Virus record (IMG/VR): IMGVR_UViG_3300045051_000365
Coordinates: 1-64,000 of that record
Length of the DNA: 64,000 bases
Source of the DNA: a virus
Strand: one strand, 5' to 3'
Below, piece by piece: positions 17,389-27,323 of the stretch. Within the stretch, counting starts at the first letter, position 1. Every line of letters starts with the position of its first letter. The translations under genes were made by a program, and so were the position numbers. The notes beneath the pieces are model-generated. The model was given only the letters and a program-made list of their open reading frames with translations, was not told the origin of the DNA and did no database searches.

Positions 17389-17892
17389 ATGGAAAAAACT
17401 ATGACTGTCGCTACTTTTCCCACGGCCGTCACGCCGCCCCCGTCGCAATGGACGATTCAGGATTGGGGGGTCGTATTCAGTATTTCGATCGCCGTCGGTT
17501 CCGCGGTAGGTTCGTATTTCATGCTCCGATCGAGATCACAGGCTAAAGAGCTAGACGAGGCTACAATCGAGCGAGCCGCCGAATTAAGTGAGGCTCAGGC
17601 GGGCAGATTAGAGAAAATGATGGAACGCTTAGATACGAGCGTAGGACACCTTGACGGGTCGATCCGACAACTCGGGGAGAAGATCACGGGACTAACCGAA
17701 CGGCTCGCCGTCGTGGAGACAAAACAGCAAGTGGCCGATCAGATCATGCCGGTATACGAGCGGCAGTTCGGGGAACTCCGCTCGCGACAGGACGCGCTCG
17801 CTCATCGGCTCGTGACGATCCAACGCGGGCAAACGATGATTTTTTCTCACCTTAAAAAATTAACAGAAACTATCAACTCCTCAACAAAATGA
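17389..17892 (+). CDS. Single-TM coiled-coil protein, putative holin or lysis accessory
   Basis: One hydrophobic helix then a coiled coil; overlaps the endolysin start. Confidence 0.5.
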   Translation: MEKTMTVATFPTAVTPPPSQWTIQDWGVVFSISIAVGSAVGSYFMLRSRSQAKELDEATIERAAELSEAQAGRLEKMMERLDTSVGHLDGSIRQLGEKITGLTERLAVVETKQQVADQIMPVYERQFGELRSRQDALAHRLVTIQRGQTMIFSHLKKLTETINSSTK

Positions 17893-18644
17893 GCAATAGT
17901 CTAATCGCCCTCCGGGATACGCTTCTAAAATCCTACCCGATCGACTCCTCCGATCCGAATCCCCCGGACGGATTCGCGACGATCCCGGTGAAGAAAGGGG
18001 AAAAAATTACCTATAACTGGATTCGCCCGAAAGGAAAGCACTTACTTTTCGAGGGAACCGAGATCCGGGGGGACTTCTGGAACTGGTACGCTTTCCGCGA
18101 TCACTTCGACAACTCGAATATCGATTCTCCCGTGGTTCGAGAGGATCAAGTAGAGTTTATCCTGAATCACCCGATCGCCGATTCCCTATTTAAGAGCCTC
18201 GACAATTGCCTGAAAAGATTCGAGATAACCACGATCCCCCGCGTTCGACACTTTATCTCGCAATGCGCCCACGAATCAATGGGATTCCGGCAATTCAGCG
18301 AGTTCGCATCGGGCGCGGCTTACGAGGGACGGAGAGATCTCGGGAACGTCCGCCCTGGTGACGGTCGCCGATTCAAGGGGGTCGGGGCGATTCAGGTCAC
18401 GGGACGGCACAACTACCAAAGATTCGCGGATTTCATCGGCGATCCCCGCGTGATGGAAGGGTGGCGGTACGTTGTCACGCGCTACCCGTTCGAGATCTCG
18501 GGATTCTGGTGGATGGATAACGCGATGAACTCGCTCATCGATCGGGGCGCGAGTGTAGAGCGAGTAACCCGACGCGTGAACGGAGGATACAACGGACTTA
18601 GCGATAGAATCAAATATTACAATAGAGCTTTACAAGCTATCTAA
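17889..18644 (+). CDS. Endolysin, glycoside hydrolase family 19
   Basis: FISQCAHES, YEGRRDLGN, FKG.G.IQVTGRHNY, TRRVNGGYNGL.DR. Confidence 0.92.
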   Translation: MSNSLIALRDTLLKSYPIDSSDPNPPDGFATIPVKKGEKITYNWIRPKGKHLLFEGTEIRGDFWNWYAFRDHFDNSNIDSPVVREDQVEFILNHPIADSLFKSLDNCLKRFEITTIPRVRHFISQCAHESMGFRQFSEFASGAAYEGRRDLGNVRPGDGRRFKGVGAIQVTGRHNYQRFADFIGDPRVMEGWRYVVTRYPFEISGFWWMDNAMNSLIDRGASVERVTRRVNGGYNGLSDRIKYYNRALQAI

Positions 18645-18662
18645 AATCCTCTCTCTAATTTA

Positions 18663-18692
18663 CTTGACAATTCAAGAAAGCTTTAGTATTAT
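18663..18692 (+). promoter_or_regulatory. Promoter with CTTGACAATTCAAG operator
   Basis: TTGACA-17 nt-TATTAT. Confidence 0.75.
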
Positions 18693-18715
18693 TTAGCTAA
18701 TCGAGCTTTCTGGAG

Positions 18716-18913
18716 TTGTTTTGTCTTATGATCGATGATGAGTATTTAGGGAATTGTTTTGACGACCTAGTGATAGTTATCACTAAAATGACCGAAGAAC
18801 AAAAAGAGATGAACCGATATTTAAAGGAAATATCGGAATCTTTTAAACAGCTAATTCAATGCGAGCAAACGCTAGTCAAACACTGCCTCGGGGAGAAAAA
18901 CAGCCATGAATAA
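18716..18913 (+). CDS. Hypothetical protein
   Basis: ORF after the promoter, GGAG RBS. Confidence 0.5.
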   Translation: MFCLMIDDEYLGNCFDDLVIVITKMTEEQKEMNRYLKEISESFKQLIQCEQTLVKHCLGEKNSHE

Positions 18914-19163
18914 GGGATATAGACCGTTAATTATCGAGGACGTGAACGGGAAAAAGAATCTTATTAACTGTTACGAGGTTGTAATTGTCGCCCCTAGCGA
19001 TCGTGAATCCCTTTACGGCATTAGCCTATCAACAAGATCGGCTATTATCGTGGATGAGCGAGTCGCGGAGATTCTAATGGATCGCCTTACCGACGAACTA
19101 TTCTTCGCTCCCGAATCTATCGAGCGGCAAAAAGCGATTTTAAATCCCGTAGAGGAGGATTAA
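18906..19163 (+). CDS. Hypothetical protein
   Basis: Overlapping operon arrangement. Confidence 0.6.
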   Translation: MNKGYRPLIIEDVNGKKNLINCYEVVIVAPSDRESLYGISLSTRSAIIVDERVAEILMDRLTDELFFAPESIERQKAILNPVEED

Positions 19164-19167
19164 AACT

Positions 19168-19506
19168 ATGTTCACCATAGATCAAAACGTGAGATTAAAA
19201 ACGGAAGAGATCGGGGAAAGTATCGATCGGGGAGTCGGTCGGATCGTGGGGTTCGTTCCCGAAACTCCCTACCTATCCGTCGATTTTCAGATTCCCGAAA
19301 CCGAGAATCTGTGGTTGCTCCCGTCCGAGGTTATCCCCGTCCCTCCCGCAACCAGAAAACATTCACTCAATATTGTAGACTGCTTCGGGATCGGTTACGA
19401 GGTTCCATCGAACGAGCCAGATCCGCGAGACGACGACGGGAACGGGTACGGGGTTCACGATTACGCGCCTCCGTCCGACGAACCGCTAGTATTTCGAGAA
19501 TTTTAA
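19168..19506 (+). CDS. Hypothetical protein (SH3/KOW-like N-terminus)
   Basis: GGAGG RBS; FTIDQNVRL...GRIVG. Confidence 0.6.
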   Translation: MFTIDQNVRLKTEEIGESIDRGVGRIVGFVPETPYLSVDFQIPETENLWLLPSEVIPVPPATRKHSLNIVDCFGIGYEVPSNEPDPRDDDGNGYGVHDYAPPSDEPLVFREF

Positions 19507-19532
19507 AGTTTCTCTCGCTGAATGTTTCAAGG

Positions 19533-19558
19533 AAGACCGCTACTAGAGCGGTCTTTTT
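19533..19558 (+). terminator. Intrinsic terminator
   Basis: AAGACCGCT-ACTAG-AGCGGTCTT followed by a T tract. Confidence 0.7.
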
Positions 19559-19590
19559 CTCTTAGAATACAGAGTAGAACTATTATTCCC

Positions 19591-20895
19591 ATGTCTAAAG
19601 CAAAAGATAAAAAAGGCAAAAAAAAAGATGGATCGCTGAGAGGATCACAGCGATCGCTGGCCACGTCGGGAATTTTGTCGATGTCGCGCCGGTACGATCT
19701 GGAGATCGAGGAGAACCCGATCCGCGATCCCCGTATCTCCCGAGAGTTAATCGAGCTTAACCAGTGGTGTTACGAGGTTTTCCACTCCCTAGAGATGGCG
19801 GCCGACGATACTTTCGCTAGTTCCGACGGGGACGATCGGGGATGGACGATCGCCGATACCCTAGACGACGAGGAAACGCCCGTTAATCCCGAGGTTCTCG
19901 CCATAGGCGAGGACGCGCGACAGCGAAAACAATCTCTCGACTCCTACGTTATCGGCGGCGACAAGCTTAAAAAAGCGTTGCGGTGGTCGCTCGGGAAAGG
20001 GGATTGTTTTATCGAGCTAGGGATCGAGCGCGAGGGACTATCCCCGAACAAGAGCAAGGATTTCGGCGTGAGTAGGAGTCTCTACCTCCCCACGTTCGAG
20101 ATGTTCCGGAAAGAATCCGATCAGGGGGAATTGCTCGGATTCGAGCAGAGAAAATATCTATCGCACTCCGATCCCGATTATTTTTTCGAGCCAGAAAAAA
20201 TCATCCATCTCCGGCACTCTCCCGAATTTCTCTACGGGCGATCGCTCTGGCTTCCCTCCCTCGACGCGTGGGCGGACGTGAAGCGCGCGGCTGACAACCT
20301 ACAGAGAAAAGCCGACGATATAGCGAGCGATCCGACGATCTACACGTTTCCGGGGATCTCGGAAGAGGAAAAGCGAAAATTCGAGCAAGAACTACAATTA
20401 CGCCGACAGTCGGGAACCATTACCGATTTCGTGCTAAAAAGCGACAAGTACCTGATTAACAAAATGGCGAATTTCCGGGACGATCTATCGCCCCTGATCG
20501 AGTATCTTCTACAATGCCGCTACAAGCTGATTATTCCCGGATTCCCCTCGTATTTTTTCCCCGGACTCGAATCGAAAGGCGGGACGAAAGAGCTATCGAG
20601 ATCGCCCGATCGCCGTTATTCCCGGATGCGTTACGGGTGGTGTCAATTGCTAACCGGGGCGATCAAACAGACGATCGACACGGAGATCGTTTTACGCAAG
20701 GGATACGAGTGGTATGTAGAAAACGCGCGCAATAAGTATCGGATCTTGTGGCCGGAGTGGTCGGAATCGATCGACGGGATGAGCGGGAACGAGTCCGAAA
20801 ATACGGGTAGCGAGGAAGAAAGCGGGAACGGCGCGGGAGCCGACAAAAAACCTAAAAAAGGAAGTAATGCAAAAAAAATCGGGAGATCTCGCTAG
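19591..20895 (+). CDS. Phage portal protein
   Basis: GDCFIEL, FEPEKIIHLR...YGRS motifs; first gene of the head module. Confidence 0.8.
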   Translation: MSKAKDKKGKKKDGSLRGSQRSLATSGILSMSRRYDLEIEENPIRDPRISRELIELNQWCYEVFHSLEMAADDTFASSDGDDRGWTIADTLDDEETPVNPEVLAIGEDARQRKQSLDSYVIGGDKLKKALRWSLGKGDCFIELGIEREGLSPNKSKDFGVSRSLYLPTFEMFRKESDQGELLGFEQRKYLSHSDPDYFFEPEKIIHLRHSPEFLYGRSLWLPSLDAWADVKRAADNLQRKADDIASDPTIYTFPGISEEEKRKFEQELQLRRQSGTITDFVLKSDKYLINKMANFRDDLSPLIEYLLQCRYKLIIPGFPSYFFPGLESKGGTKELSRSPDRRYSRMRYGWCQLLTGAIKQTIDTEIVLRKGYEWYVENARNKYRILWPEWSESIDGMSGNESENTGSEEESGNGAGADKKPKKGSNAKKIGRSR

Positions 20896-21589
20896 GGCGT
20901 TAGCCGCGGGAGAGATCCGCCCGCACTATCAAGCGATCGTCAACGCTGACGGAGTTCCCCGTCTTTACGAATCTCTCGCCCGATGGAAAGGATTCGAGGA
21001 AATAGGCGCGCGGATCGTGTTCGAGGCGGCCGCGGACGAGGATCTTTTATTTTCGCTTTATCTATCCCTCGCCGAATCGATCCGGGAAGATACCCGAAAC
21101 TACGGTATTTCGAGGGTTTGCGTAAACATATCGCCGCTACAATTATCCGATCGGTGTCACCTGAAAAAGCTCGCGGAAACGCTCGATCCCGAGCGGGTAA
21201 TAATCGAGGTAACGGAAAGCGATCCGCTTTCCCCGAGCGGACTAAAGGGAGTTCTTCACCTAAAAGAAATCGGGTACAAGCTCGCGATCGACGACTTTCC
21301 CTGTAATCACGCGGGACTCGATCGGCTATTCGCGATCCTCCCCGAGATCGTCAAGTTCGATCGGCGATTTTTGCTCGATTCCGAGAACCCGGCAAAATCT
21401 AGTTTTATTCGCTATTTTACAAACTTCTGCCGGGAACAGTCGATCACTACCGCGGCGGAAGGGATCGAGTCTTTAGAAAAATTTAATAGTTTAAAAGAAT
21501 TAGGGATAGACTATTTTCAAGGGTACGAGATCCATCGCCCCGAACTTCCCGAGAATCTATCTAGATACTTGTCAAAAGATTTCGGGTAA
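20867..21589 (+). CDS. Stand-alone EAL domain protein (putative c-di-GMP phosphodiesterase)
   Basis: PHYQAIV, YESLARW, VNISP, IEVTE, AIDDF, VKFDR, AEGIE, FQGY. Confidence 0.92.
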   Translation: MQKKSGDLARALAAGEIRPHYQAIVNADGVPRLYESLARWKGFEEIGARIVFEAAADEDLLFSLYLSLAESIREDTRNYGISRVCVNISPLQLSDRCHLKKLAETLDPERVIIEVTESDPLSPSGLKGVLHLKEIGYKLAIDDFPCNHAGLDRLFAILPEIVKFDRRFLLDSENPAKSSFIRYFTNFCREQSITTAAEGIESLEKFNSLKELGIDYFQGYEIHRPELPENLSRYLSKDFG

Positions 21590-21728
21590 ACTAGATCCGC
21601 GATGACACATCTACCCGAGGATATAATGCGGGAATTAAAGAGCGAAAACCAAGAGATCGTCAGAATTTACTCCGGGATCTTACTCTGGATCGGGATAGGA
21701 ATTCTCAATATAGGGAGAGATTTGCTCG

Positions 21729-21899
21729 ATGGCGAAATTCAATCCGAAGGACAAGAATCTCGATCCGGTGACGCGGTTGCTGTCGAGAGCGAACGTGAAT
21801 TCTAGCGATGTATCCGCGGCGATCGGGGACTGGAAAAAGAAACCTCCCGATCCCGATTTCGAGAATTTTTTAGAGCCAGAGATCGATGAGCGACTTTAG
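21729..21899 (+). CDS. Hypothetical 56-aa protein (not in ORF track)
   Basis: MAKFNPKDKNLDPVTRLLSRA...; GGGAG upstream, overlaps the next gene. Confidence 0.5.
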   Translation: MAKFNPKDKNLDPVTRLLSRANVNSSDVSAAIGDWKKKPPDPDFENFLEPEIDERL

Positions 21900-22524
21900 T
21901 TTTAATCCCCTCACGCGCCGCTATCACGACAACCGATCGAAGAAATTCCTATCGGCCGCCCGCGTTCGGGAACTCGTGTCCGAGACGATCGCCGCGAGAG
22001 AGGATCGGGCTACCCGAATAACCCGAGAGCTACTATCAGAACGGATAACGCCTCGGGAATGGGAAACGCGGATGAGCGAGGAGATTAAAACATTGACGAT
22101 CCAGCTATACCGGATCGGTCGGCCGGACATGAACGCCTCGGACTACGGCAGGATCGGCTCTATCCTCCGCTCTCAATACGCCCGCCTCCGAAAATTCAGC
22201 CGGGATATTATTCTCGGAACCCAAAGCGAAAAACAGATCTTAAACCGGGCGAAACGCTATATCGCTAAAGCGCGCGAGGCGTTCGAGGAAGGGAACCGCC
22301 GGGGATACGCCACGGTGAGCCGATGGGAAAAACGGGTACGAACGAAAATTGAATCCTGCCGGGAGTGCCGCGTTTACGAGGCTATGGGATGGCAGATCGT
22401 CGGGACGCTACCCCGTCCCACCGATCGCTGTTCCTGCCGGGATAATTGCGGTTGTTACCTCGCCTACTCCAATTCCCGCGCCCGCCCGACAACGAACCTA
22501 CTTCGGGGATCGGGATGGCTGTAA
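21886..22524 (+). CDS. Minor head protein (Mu gpF/SPP1 gp7-like)
   Basis: C-terminal C.EC...LP.P...C.C..NC.C motif, located after the portal. Confidence 0.75.
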   Translation: MSDFSFNPLTRRYHDNRSKKFLSAARVRELVSETIAAREDRATRITRELLSERITPREWETRMSEEIKTLTIQLYRIGRPDMNASDYGRIGSILRSQYARLRKFSRDIILGTQSEKQILNRAKRYIAKAREAFEEGNRRGYATVSRWEKRVRTKIESCRECRVYEAMGWQIVGTLPRPTDRCSCRDNCGCYLAYSNSRARPTTNLLRGSGWL

Positions 22525-22683
22525 ACACAAAAAAGCGGGGGAGGAGTCACCCCGCTATCTAGGATACTTGCCATCGAACGTTAAATTTCGGTTTTAAATT
22601 TTGAATTTATTAGCCAACACCCGAAATTATCTTAACATAAACTTTCAGTTTAAAGATAGAATTGTAAATATAGATTTAACGCT

Positions 22684-23397
22684 ATGCTTTTAACCCGAGC
22701 GGATTTCGAGAAACTACTAGAGACGCGCGAGCCTACCGCGGAAGAACTGACGGCGATTAACGCCTACGCTCCCCGCGGCGCGTCCCCGTGGGAAGCCTCG
22801 GAACTAACAAGATTCTGTCTTCTCGCCTCGAATAATCTAATCCACGGATCGCTGATGGCGTGGGACGAGACGGCACTAGCGACGATGGTAGCGAGCTATC
22901 CCGGATGCCCGCTCATGATCGATCACGCGTGGGAGAACGGATCGAAAACCTTCGGGATGGTTTACGACGCGCTCCTCTACTCGCTACCGCGGGTGAGCGA
23001 GGAGGGAATGAGCAAGATTCTTTCTAAATCCCCGAATCCCGAGGAAGACCGGGGGATTATCGAGCGAGACGGCTATCATCAGGTCTTGGTTTTCGGGTTC
23101 CTCGAATCATCCCATCCCGAAGCGTCCGATATTATCTACGGCCGACGCGCGAACGTGAGTATCGGCGGGAATTTCTACGGAAAATCTTACTGTCCTACCT
23201 GTAACACCCCCTACAGCGATAAACATTGCGATCACTATCCCCCGTATATGGCGGGATGGGTAGACGAAGAATTGCTAACCCCGTACTATCGGCGCGTCGG
23301 CAAACTGGAGTCGCTAGAGTGTTCGTTCGTATTCGCCGGTAACTGTCGTCAGGCCAGAATTGTCGATAAAAACTTGAACGCTTTTGTAATGGCGTAA
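22684..23397 (+). CDS. Putative prohead maturation protease
   Basis: PLMIDH, NVSIG, ECSFV; lies before the capsid gene. Confidence 0.65.
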   Translation: MLLTRADFEKLLETREPTAEELTAINAYAPRGASPWEASELTRFCLLASNNLIHGSLMAWDETALATMVASYPGCPLMIDHAWENGSKTFGMVYDALLYSLPRVSEEGMSKILSKSPNPEEDRGIIERDGYHQVLVFGFLESSHPEASDIIYGRRANVSIGGNFYGKSYCPTCNTPYSDKHCDHYPPYMAGWVDEELLTPYYRRVGKLESLECSFVFAGNCRQARIVDKNLNAFVMA

Positions 23398-23448
23398 GGT
23401 TAAAACTTCAAGTATAATTTTTTTAGCGATCGCGAGAAAACCTGTACC

Positions 23449-25356
23449 ATGTCCCAAAAAACACTGCAAGAAATTAAACGAGTGACCCCCGTGGTCGTGA
23501 AAGATTCCGAGGGGGAAACCGTGGACGAGAAAGAATTATTCGAGATGAAGACCAAGGCCGTCGAGCGGAACGCGCTACAGTCTCCCGCCGGATTCGTTCC
23601 CGTCAAGAATGTCGAAACCGAAACCGCTCCGACTCCGCTCGATTTAAAAGAGATCGAGTCGATCGTCGCTTCCGCGGTTAAGTCGGCCGTAGACGAGGTA
23701 AAAGCGGCGACGGACGCGGAAAAAGCCGAGCTAGAAACGCGAAATCGGCAACTAGAAAACGAGAGAGACGGGATTAACTCCTCTCTAGCGGAAACCGCGG
23801 AAGCGGTCAGGCAGACTAACGAAAAGCTAACCGCGCTCGAAACGGAACTGAACGAATCCAAGCGGATTATTAACAATTTCAACGACCTCGGGAAACTCCA
23901 CGGATCGGGTCAACCGGCAAAAGAGGCGAAAAACGACGAAGTGAAAGAACAGAACAACGCGCCGAAATTCAAGACGGTAAATTTCAACACGAATATCTCG
24001 ATCGGCTACAACGATAAGTTACCCGGCACGTTCCGAGAGATCCAGCATCACATCGATTCGCTCCCGAAAGTCCTCAAGTACACGGGTACTAAAGAGCGGG
24101 TGATCGATTTCGACAAACAAGAACTCGATCGCTACGTCAAGCAGAATTATCGCCATGTCCTAGCGGATCTCAATTCGTGGGGCAAGGGCGCGGGTTTGTT
24201 CCGGGGAACCGATATTCAGATGATCGATCCCGGCGAGAGCGTGGCTAACACGATCATCTCGGATCTTCCCGGCGGTTTTCTGCCGACGCTCTCCGCGATC
24301 ATGCGCGTCACCCATCGCCCCGGCTTCGTGTTTCACATGATGCCCTTGATGCGCTACGATTTTGCGAAATCGCGCGGGAACGTCATTCAGATCGGGCGAT
24401 TTAACTATCTTTCCGTCTCCCCGACCCTTGCTGATTACGAACTTTCAGCGGGCAGTACCTACAGCGCGATCACGACCCGTAGCGACTCGATGAACACCTC
24501 GAAAGTCGATGTTCAGATCCGCGAGTACGGACGGGGGAAAGAGGACGCGCAGACACAGATCAACCCGATCCGGATCGTTAGCTTTGTCGAGTATTTTTCG
24601 GCTTACGAACTGGCCGCGGAACTCAATCAAAAATTCGGCTACGATTACGCCCAATTCGAGGATCGCCTGATCCGTTCCCGCTACGATGTTACCTCGGTCA
24701 TCTGGTACAACCGCGGCAACACGATCACCACTTCCGCGACCGCTCTACAGAACGGCGATGGGCGGATGTCCAAACAATTCCTCCGCGAGATGCGTCATCG
24801 CGCCCATAGTAGCACGTCCCCGTGGGAGCCTTTACCCGATGGCAATTTTATCTCGGTTATGAACTCTACCGCGTGGAAGCAACTTCGCGAGGATCTTGAT
24901 GATGATTGGGAAGTCCCGACCCCTTCTAACCTTCTCGACTTCCTTAACGCGATGTTGCCCGCTTACGTCCCCGACGAGTCCGAGCCTCGGGTTAACGGGT
25001 ACATGGGCGTTATCGAAGGGGTTCACTGTTTCGAGAGCAACGCTTTCGGGGTAGGTAACGCCGGGGCTGACGGGGTAACGAATGTCACCGTTCGCGCCGG
25101 TTCTCCCGCGACCACCGCGACTTTCCGCGATTCCTATTTCTTCGGACACGGTGCTGTAGGCCGGGGTGTGGCGATGCCCGTCGAGGTTCGCACCGATAGC
25201 GTTACCAACTTCGATCGGGAATCCCGCCTAACGTGGCTCTCGTGGGAAGGGGTCGATACTCTCGATGTCGATCCGACCGGATCGGGCAACTCTAGTCAAC
25301 AGCTACGGGTCGCCAAGTTCCGGACGACCGATAACGCTCTTTCCGGGCTGAGTTAA
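23449..25356 (+). CDS. Major capsid protein with N-terminal coiled-coil scaffold region
   Basis: 635 aa; acidic coiled-coil N-terminus; capsid-like C-terminus (G.IEGV.CFESN, FFG.GAVG); terminator follows. Confidence 0.75.
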   Translation: MSQKTLQEIKRVTPVVVKDSEGETVDEKELFEMKTKAVERNALQSPAGFVPVKNVETETAPTPLDLKEIESIVASAVKSAVDEVKAATDAEKAELETRNRQLENERDGINSSLAETAEAVRQTNEKLTALETELNESKRIINNFNDLGKLHGSGQPAKEAKNDEVKEQNNAPKFKTVNFNTNISIGYNDKLPGTFREIQHHIDSLPKVLKYTGTKERVIDFDKQELDRYVKQNYRHVLADLNSWGKGAGLFRGTDIQMIDPGESVANTIISDLPGGFLPTLSAIMRVTHRPGFVFHMMPLMRYDFAKSRGNVIQIGRFNYLSVSPTLADYELSAGSTYSAITTRSDSMNTSKVDVQIREYGRGKEDAQTQINPIRIVSFVEYFSAYELAAELNQKFGYDYAQFEDRLIRSRYDVTSVIWYNRGNTITTSATALQNGDGRMSKQFLREMRHRAHSSTSPWEPLPDGNFISVMNSTAWKQLREDLDDDWEVPTPSNLLDFLNAMLPAYVPDESEPRVNGYMGVIEGVHCFESNAFGVGNAGADGVTNVTVRAGSPATTATFRDSYFFGHGAVGRGVAMPVEVRTDSVTNFDRESRLTWLSWEGVDTLDVDPTGSGNSSQQLRVAKFRTTDNALSGLS

Positions 25357-25359
25357 TCC

Positions 25360-25381
25360 AACGGGGAGAAATCCCCGTTTT
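25360..25381 (+). terminator. Terminator after capsid gene
   Basis: ACGGGGA-GAAA-TCCCCGT-TTT. Confidence 0.7.
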
Positions 25382-25404
25382 AAACAATATTTTAAAAGGT
25401 AGCT

Positions 25405-25629
25405 ATGGCCGAAACGAAAACCAAGACCGAGAACGCTGGCGAGATTCCCGCGCCCGACTTCCCCCCCGCGGAGAGCGAGTATCAACTGTTGAACCTGAAG
25501 AGTCAGGGCGTGAAGCTCTGTAACGATTGCGGGGGGCGATTGCAGTACGACGATGGAGCGCGCGCCGCTTTCTGCCCGCAACGGACGAAAGAGAATCAAA
25601 AATATTGCCCGATGCTCAAAATCTCCTAA
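25405..25629 (+). CDS. Small Cys-rich protein
   Basis: CNDC...CP...CP; AAGGT RBS. Confidence 0.6.
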   Translation: MAETKTKTENAGEIPAPDFPPAESEYQLLNLKSQGVKLCNDCGGRLQYDDGARAAFCPQRTKENQKYCPMLKIS

Positions 25630-26297
25630 TGATTTTTACTTCCGACGATTTAACACTATTCGCGCCCGGCGTGGCCTTAACCGGCAACGCGCTAGAGGGC
25701 GCGATTTTATTCGTTACCTCGATAGTCGAGAGCGATCGTGGGGCGGATCGTCCACTGGAGATCGTCCGCCATCGGGAAAAGTTACGCGTGAATCTAAAAT
25801 TTCAGAATTTCCGATTAACCTACGTCTCGATCGATACCCCGCTCGCGGAAGAACCCGCGCCGATTGTTAAAGCTCGCCTCGGGAACGTAGTAGATGGATT
25901 TAATCGAGCGATCGCCCCCGACAACTGGAAAACCCTAACCCCCGACGAGTACCGGATCGATAGCGACGGACAGATCGATCTATCGACTTTTTGCGGACGC
26001 TCGTGGGGCTACGGCCGCTCGTGGAACACCCGAGAACCCTATCCCGAATTTTCCGAGGCGGACGTAGAGTATTCCGCGGGGATCGACTTCTCGGAAGATA
26101 CCCGAACGGTGAGACAGCTAAAAGCCGCTTTCGGGCGCGTTCTCGATTGGGTTTGTAACACAGGAAGTTTCAAGGGCATTACGTCAGTAGAACTGCCGTT
26201 CGAGGAATTAAAAATCAGCTACGGGACGGGGCAACTCGGGACAGTTCCCGACGATTTGCTATTAGCTTTTCGGAAGTATAGATCTATCACGGTATGA
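25629..26297 (+). CDS. Putative head-tail adaptor
   Basis: After the capsid; VEYSAG and C-terminal ISY...L..FRKYR pattern. Confidence 0.6.
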   Translation: MIFTSDDLTLFAPGVALTGNALEGAILFVTSIVESDRGADRPLEIVRHREKLRVNLKFQNFRLTYVSIDTPLAEEPAPIVKARLGNVVDGFNRAIAPDNWKTLTPDEYRIDSDGQIDLSTFCGRSWGYGRSWNTREPYPEFSEADVEYSAGIDFSEDTRTVRQLKAAFGRVLDWVCNTGSFKGITSVELPFEELKISYGTGQLGTVPDDLLLAFRKYRSITV

Positions 26298-26446
26298 GCT
26301 TTTTATTTTTGCTAAATTACCGTGTTTTTCAATGGTTCGGGTATCGTCTCGCCCGAATTATCGATACCGAGACGGGAAAACAGATCGGGTAGTATTGGTG
26401 GAAATGCCCGCTAATGCAACATTGGAACATCAGGAAGAAAAAATGA
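26294..26446 (+). pseudogene. 50-codon gene with an internal TAG at 26390-26392
   Basis: ATGA overlaps at both ends; the frame stays open after the TAG (KQIG*YWWKCPL...). Confidence 0.55.
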
Positions 26447-26850
26447 TCGCTACTTTTACCTGTCCGCTCCCCCCGACATTAAACGATCAGATCCGAGAAG
26501 CGCGCGATAACAAATTTAAAAGCGCGAGTCTTAAAAAGAAGTGGAATCACTTCATCGCTATCCTCGCCATCGAGCAGAAAATCCCGAGGTTTACGGGCGA
26601 GATCTGGCTACATTACGAGTGGATAATCAAGAATTTTAGCCGCGACCCCGATAATACTTCTGCTGGGGCGAAATACGTCAATGACGGACTGAAACACGCG
26701 GGGATAATAGTAGAGGACAATCTAAAGATTATTCGGGGCTACGATCACAGCTTCGCCAGGGGAGACGAGGATAAATTAGTTTTAACGATTAGCGATCGTC
26801 CTATTTTTACGAGGGTTCGCTGTGAGAAATTTGAATCGAGCATTGTTTAA
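26443..26850 (+). CDS. RusA-like Holliday junction resolvase
   Basis: PPTLN, RDPDN...KYVNDGL..AGII.EDN. Confidence 0.8.
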   Translation: MIATFTCPLPPTLNDQIREARDNKFKSASLKKKWNHFIAILAIEQKIPRFTGEIWLHYEWIIKNFSRDPDNTSAGAKYVNDGLKHAGIIVEDNLKIIRGYDHSFARGDEDKLVLTISDRPIFTRVRCEKFESSIV

Positions 26851-27046
26851 AGACTGGAAAACCTCTTTTCTAGCGGCAATCTATTTAATCAGCGACTATG
26901 TTACTTACGCTCAAAGTCATCCCGAGATGGACGGGCTAATTCTGTTATTTAACTACATTGCATCGGACAATTGGCAGGGAAAATTAATTGCCCTTGCTCT
27001 ATTCGTGGCCGGGGATTCTAGGGATGATTCGGGGGAGAGAAGTTAG
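26822..27046 (+). CDS. Small membrane protein, holin-like
   Basis: KDWKTSFLAAI plus hydrophobic segments. Confidence 0.45.
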   Translation: MRNLNRALFKDWKTSFLAAIYLISDYVTYAQSHPEMDGLILLFNYIASDNWQGKLIALALFVAGDSRDDSGERS

Positions 27047-27321
27047 CAAACAAACCTCAATCTTTCTTCAATTTCCGCCCATTCGGGGATTGGCCTCACG
27101 AGGGACGGACAGACGGGAACCCCGACCACGCGGGCGGCATTGTAACGCTCTCGCAACCATTCCGCTTTATCGAGAGGCTTGTCTCCCGCGGCAACGTCGA
27201 TATAATGACGAAAATCCTCCCGATCGCCCGTGTTACCGGGCAGGAAAAGCAAGATTTTCCACTGTTCGATCTCCGAGAGGGGAAATCGGGTTTTATTAAC
27301 TACCTCGATCGAATTCGACAT
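27043..27321 (-). CDS. Hypothetical protein
   Basis: Minus-strand operon with RBS. Confidence 0.6.
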   Translation of the reverse strand: MSNSIEVVNKTRFPLSEIEQWKILLFLPGNTGDREDFRHYIDVAAGDKPLDKAEWLRERYNAARVVGVPVCPSLVRPIPEWAEIEERLRFVC

Positions 27322-27323
27322 AC

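Noticed and set aside
26988-27299. PatS/PatX-like RGTDRR motif
   Set aside because: It lies in an ORF antisense to a better gene, has no signal peptide and does not match RGSGR.
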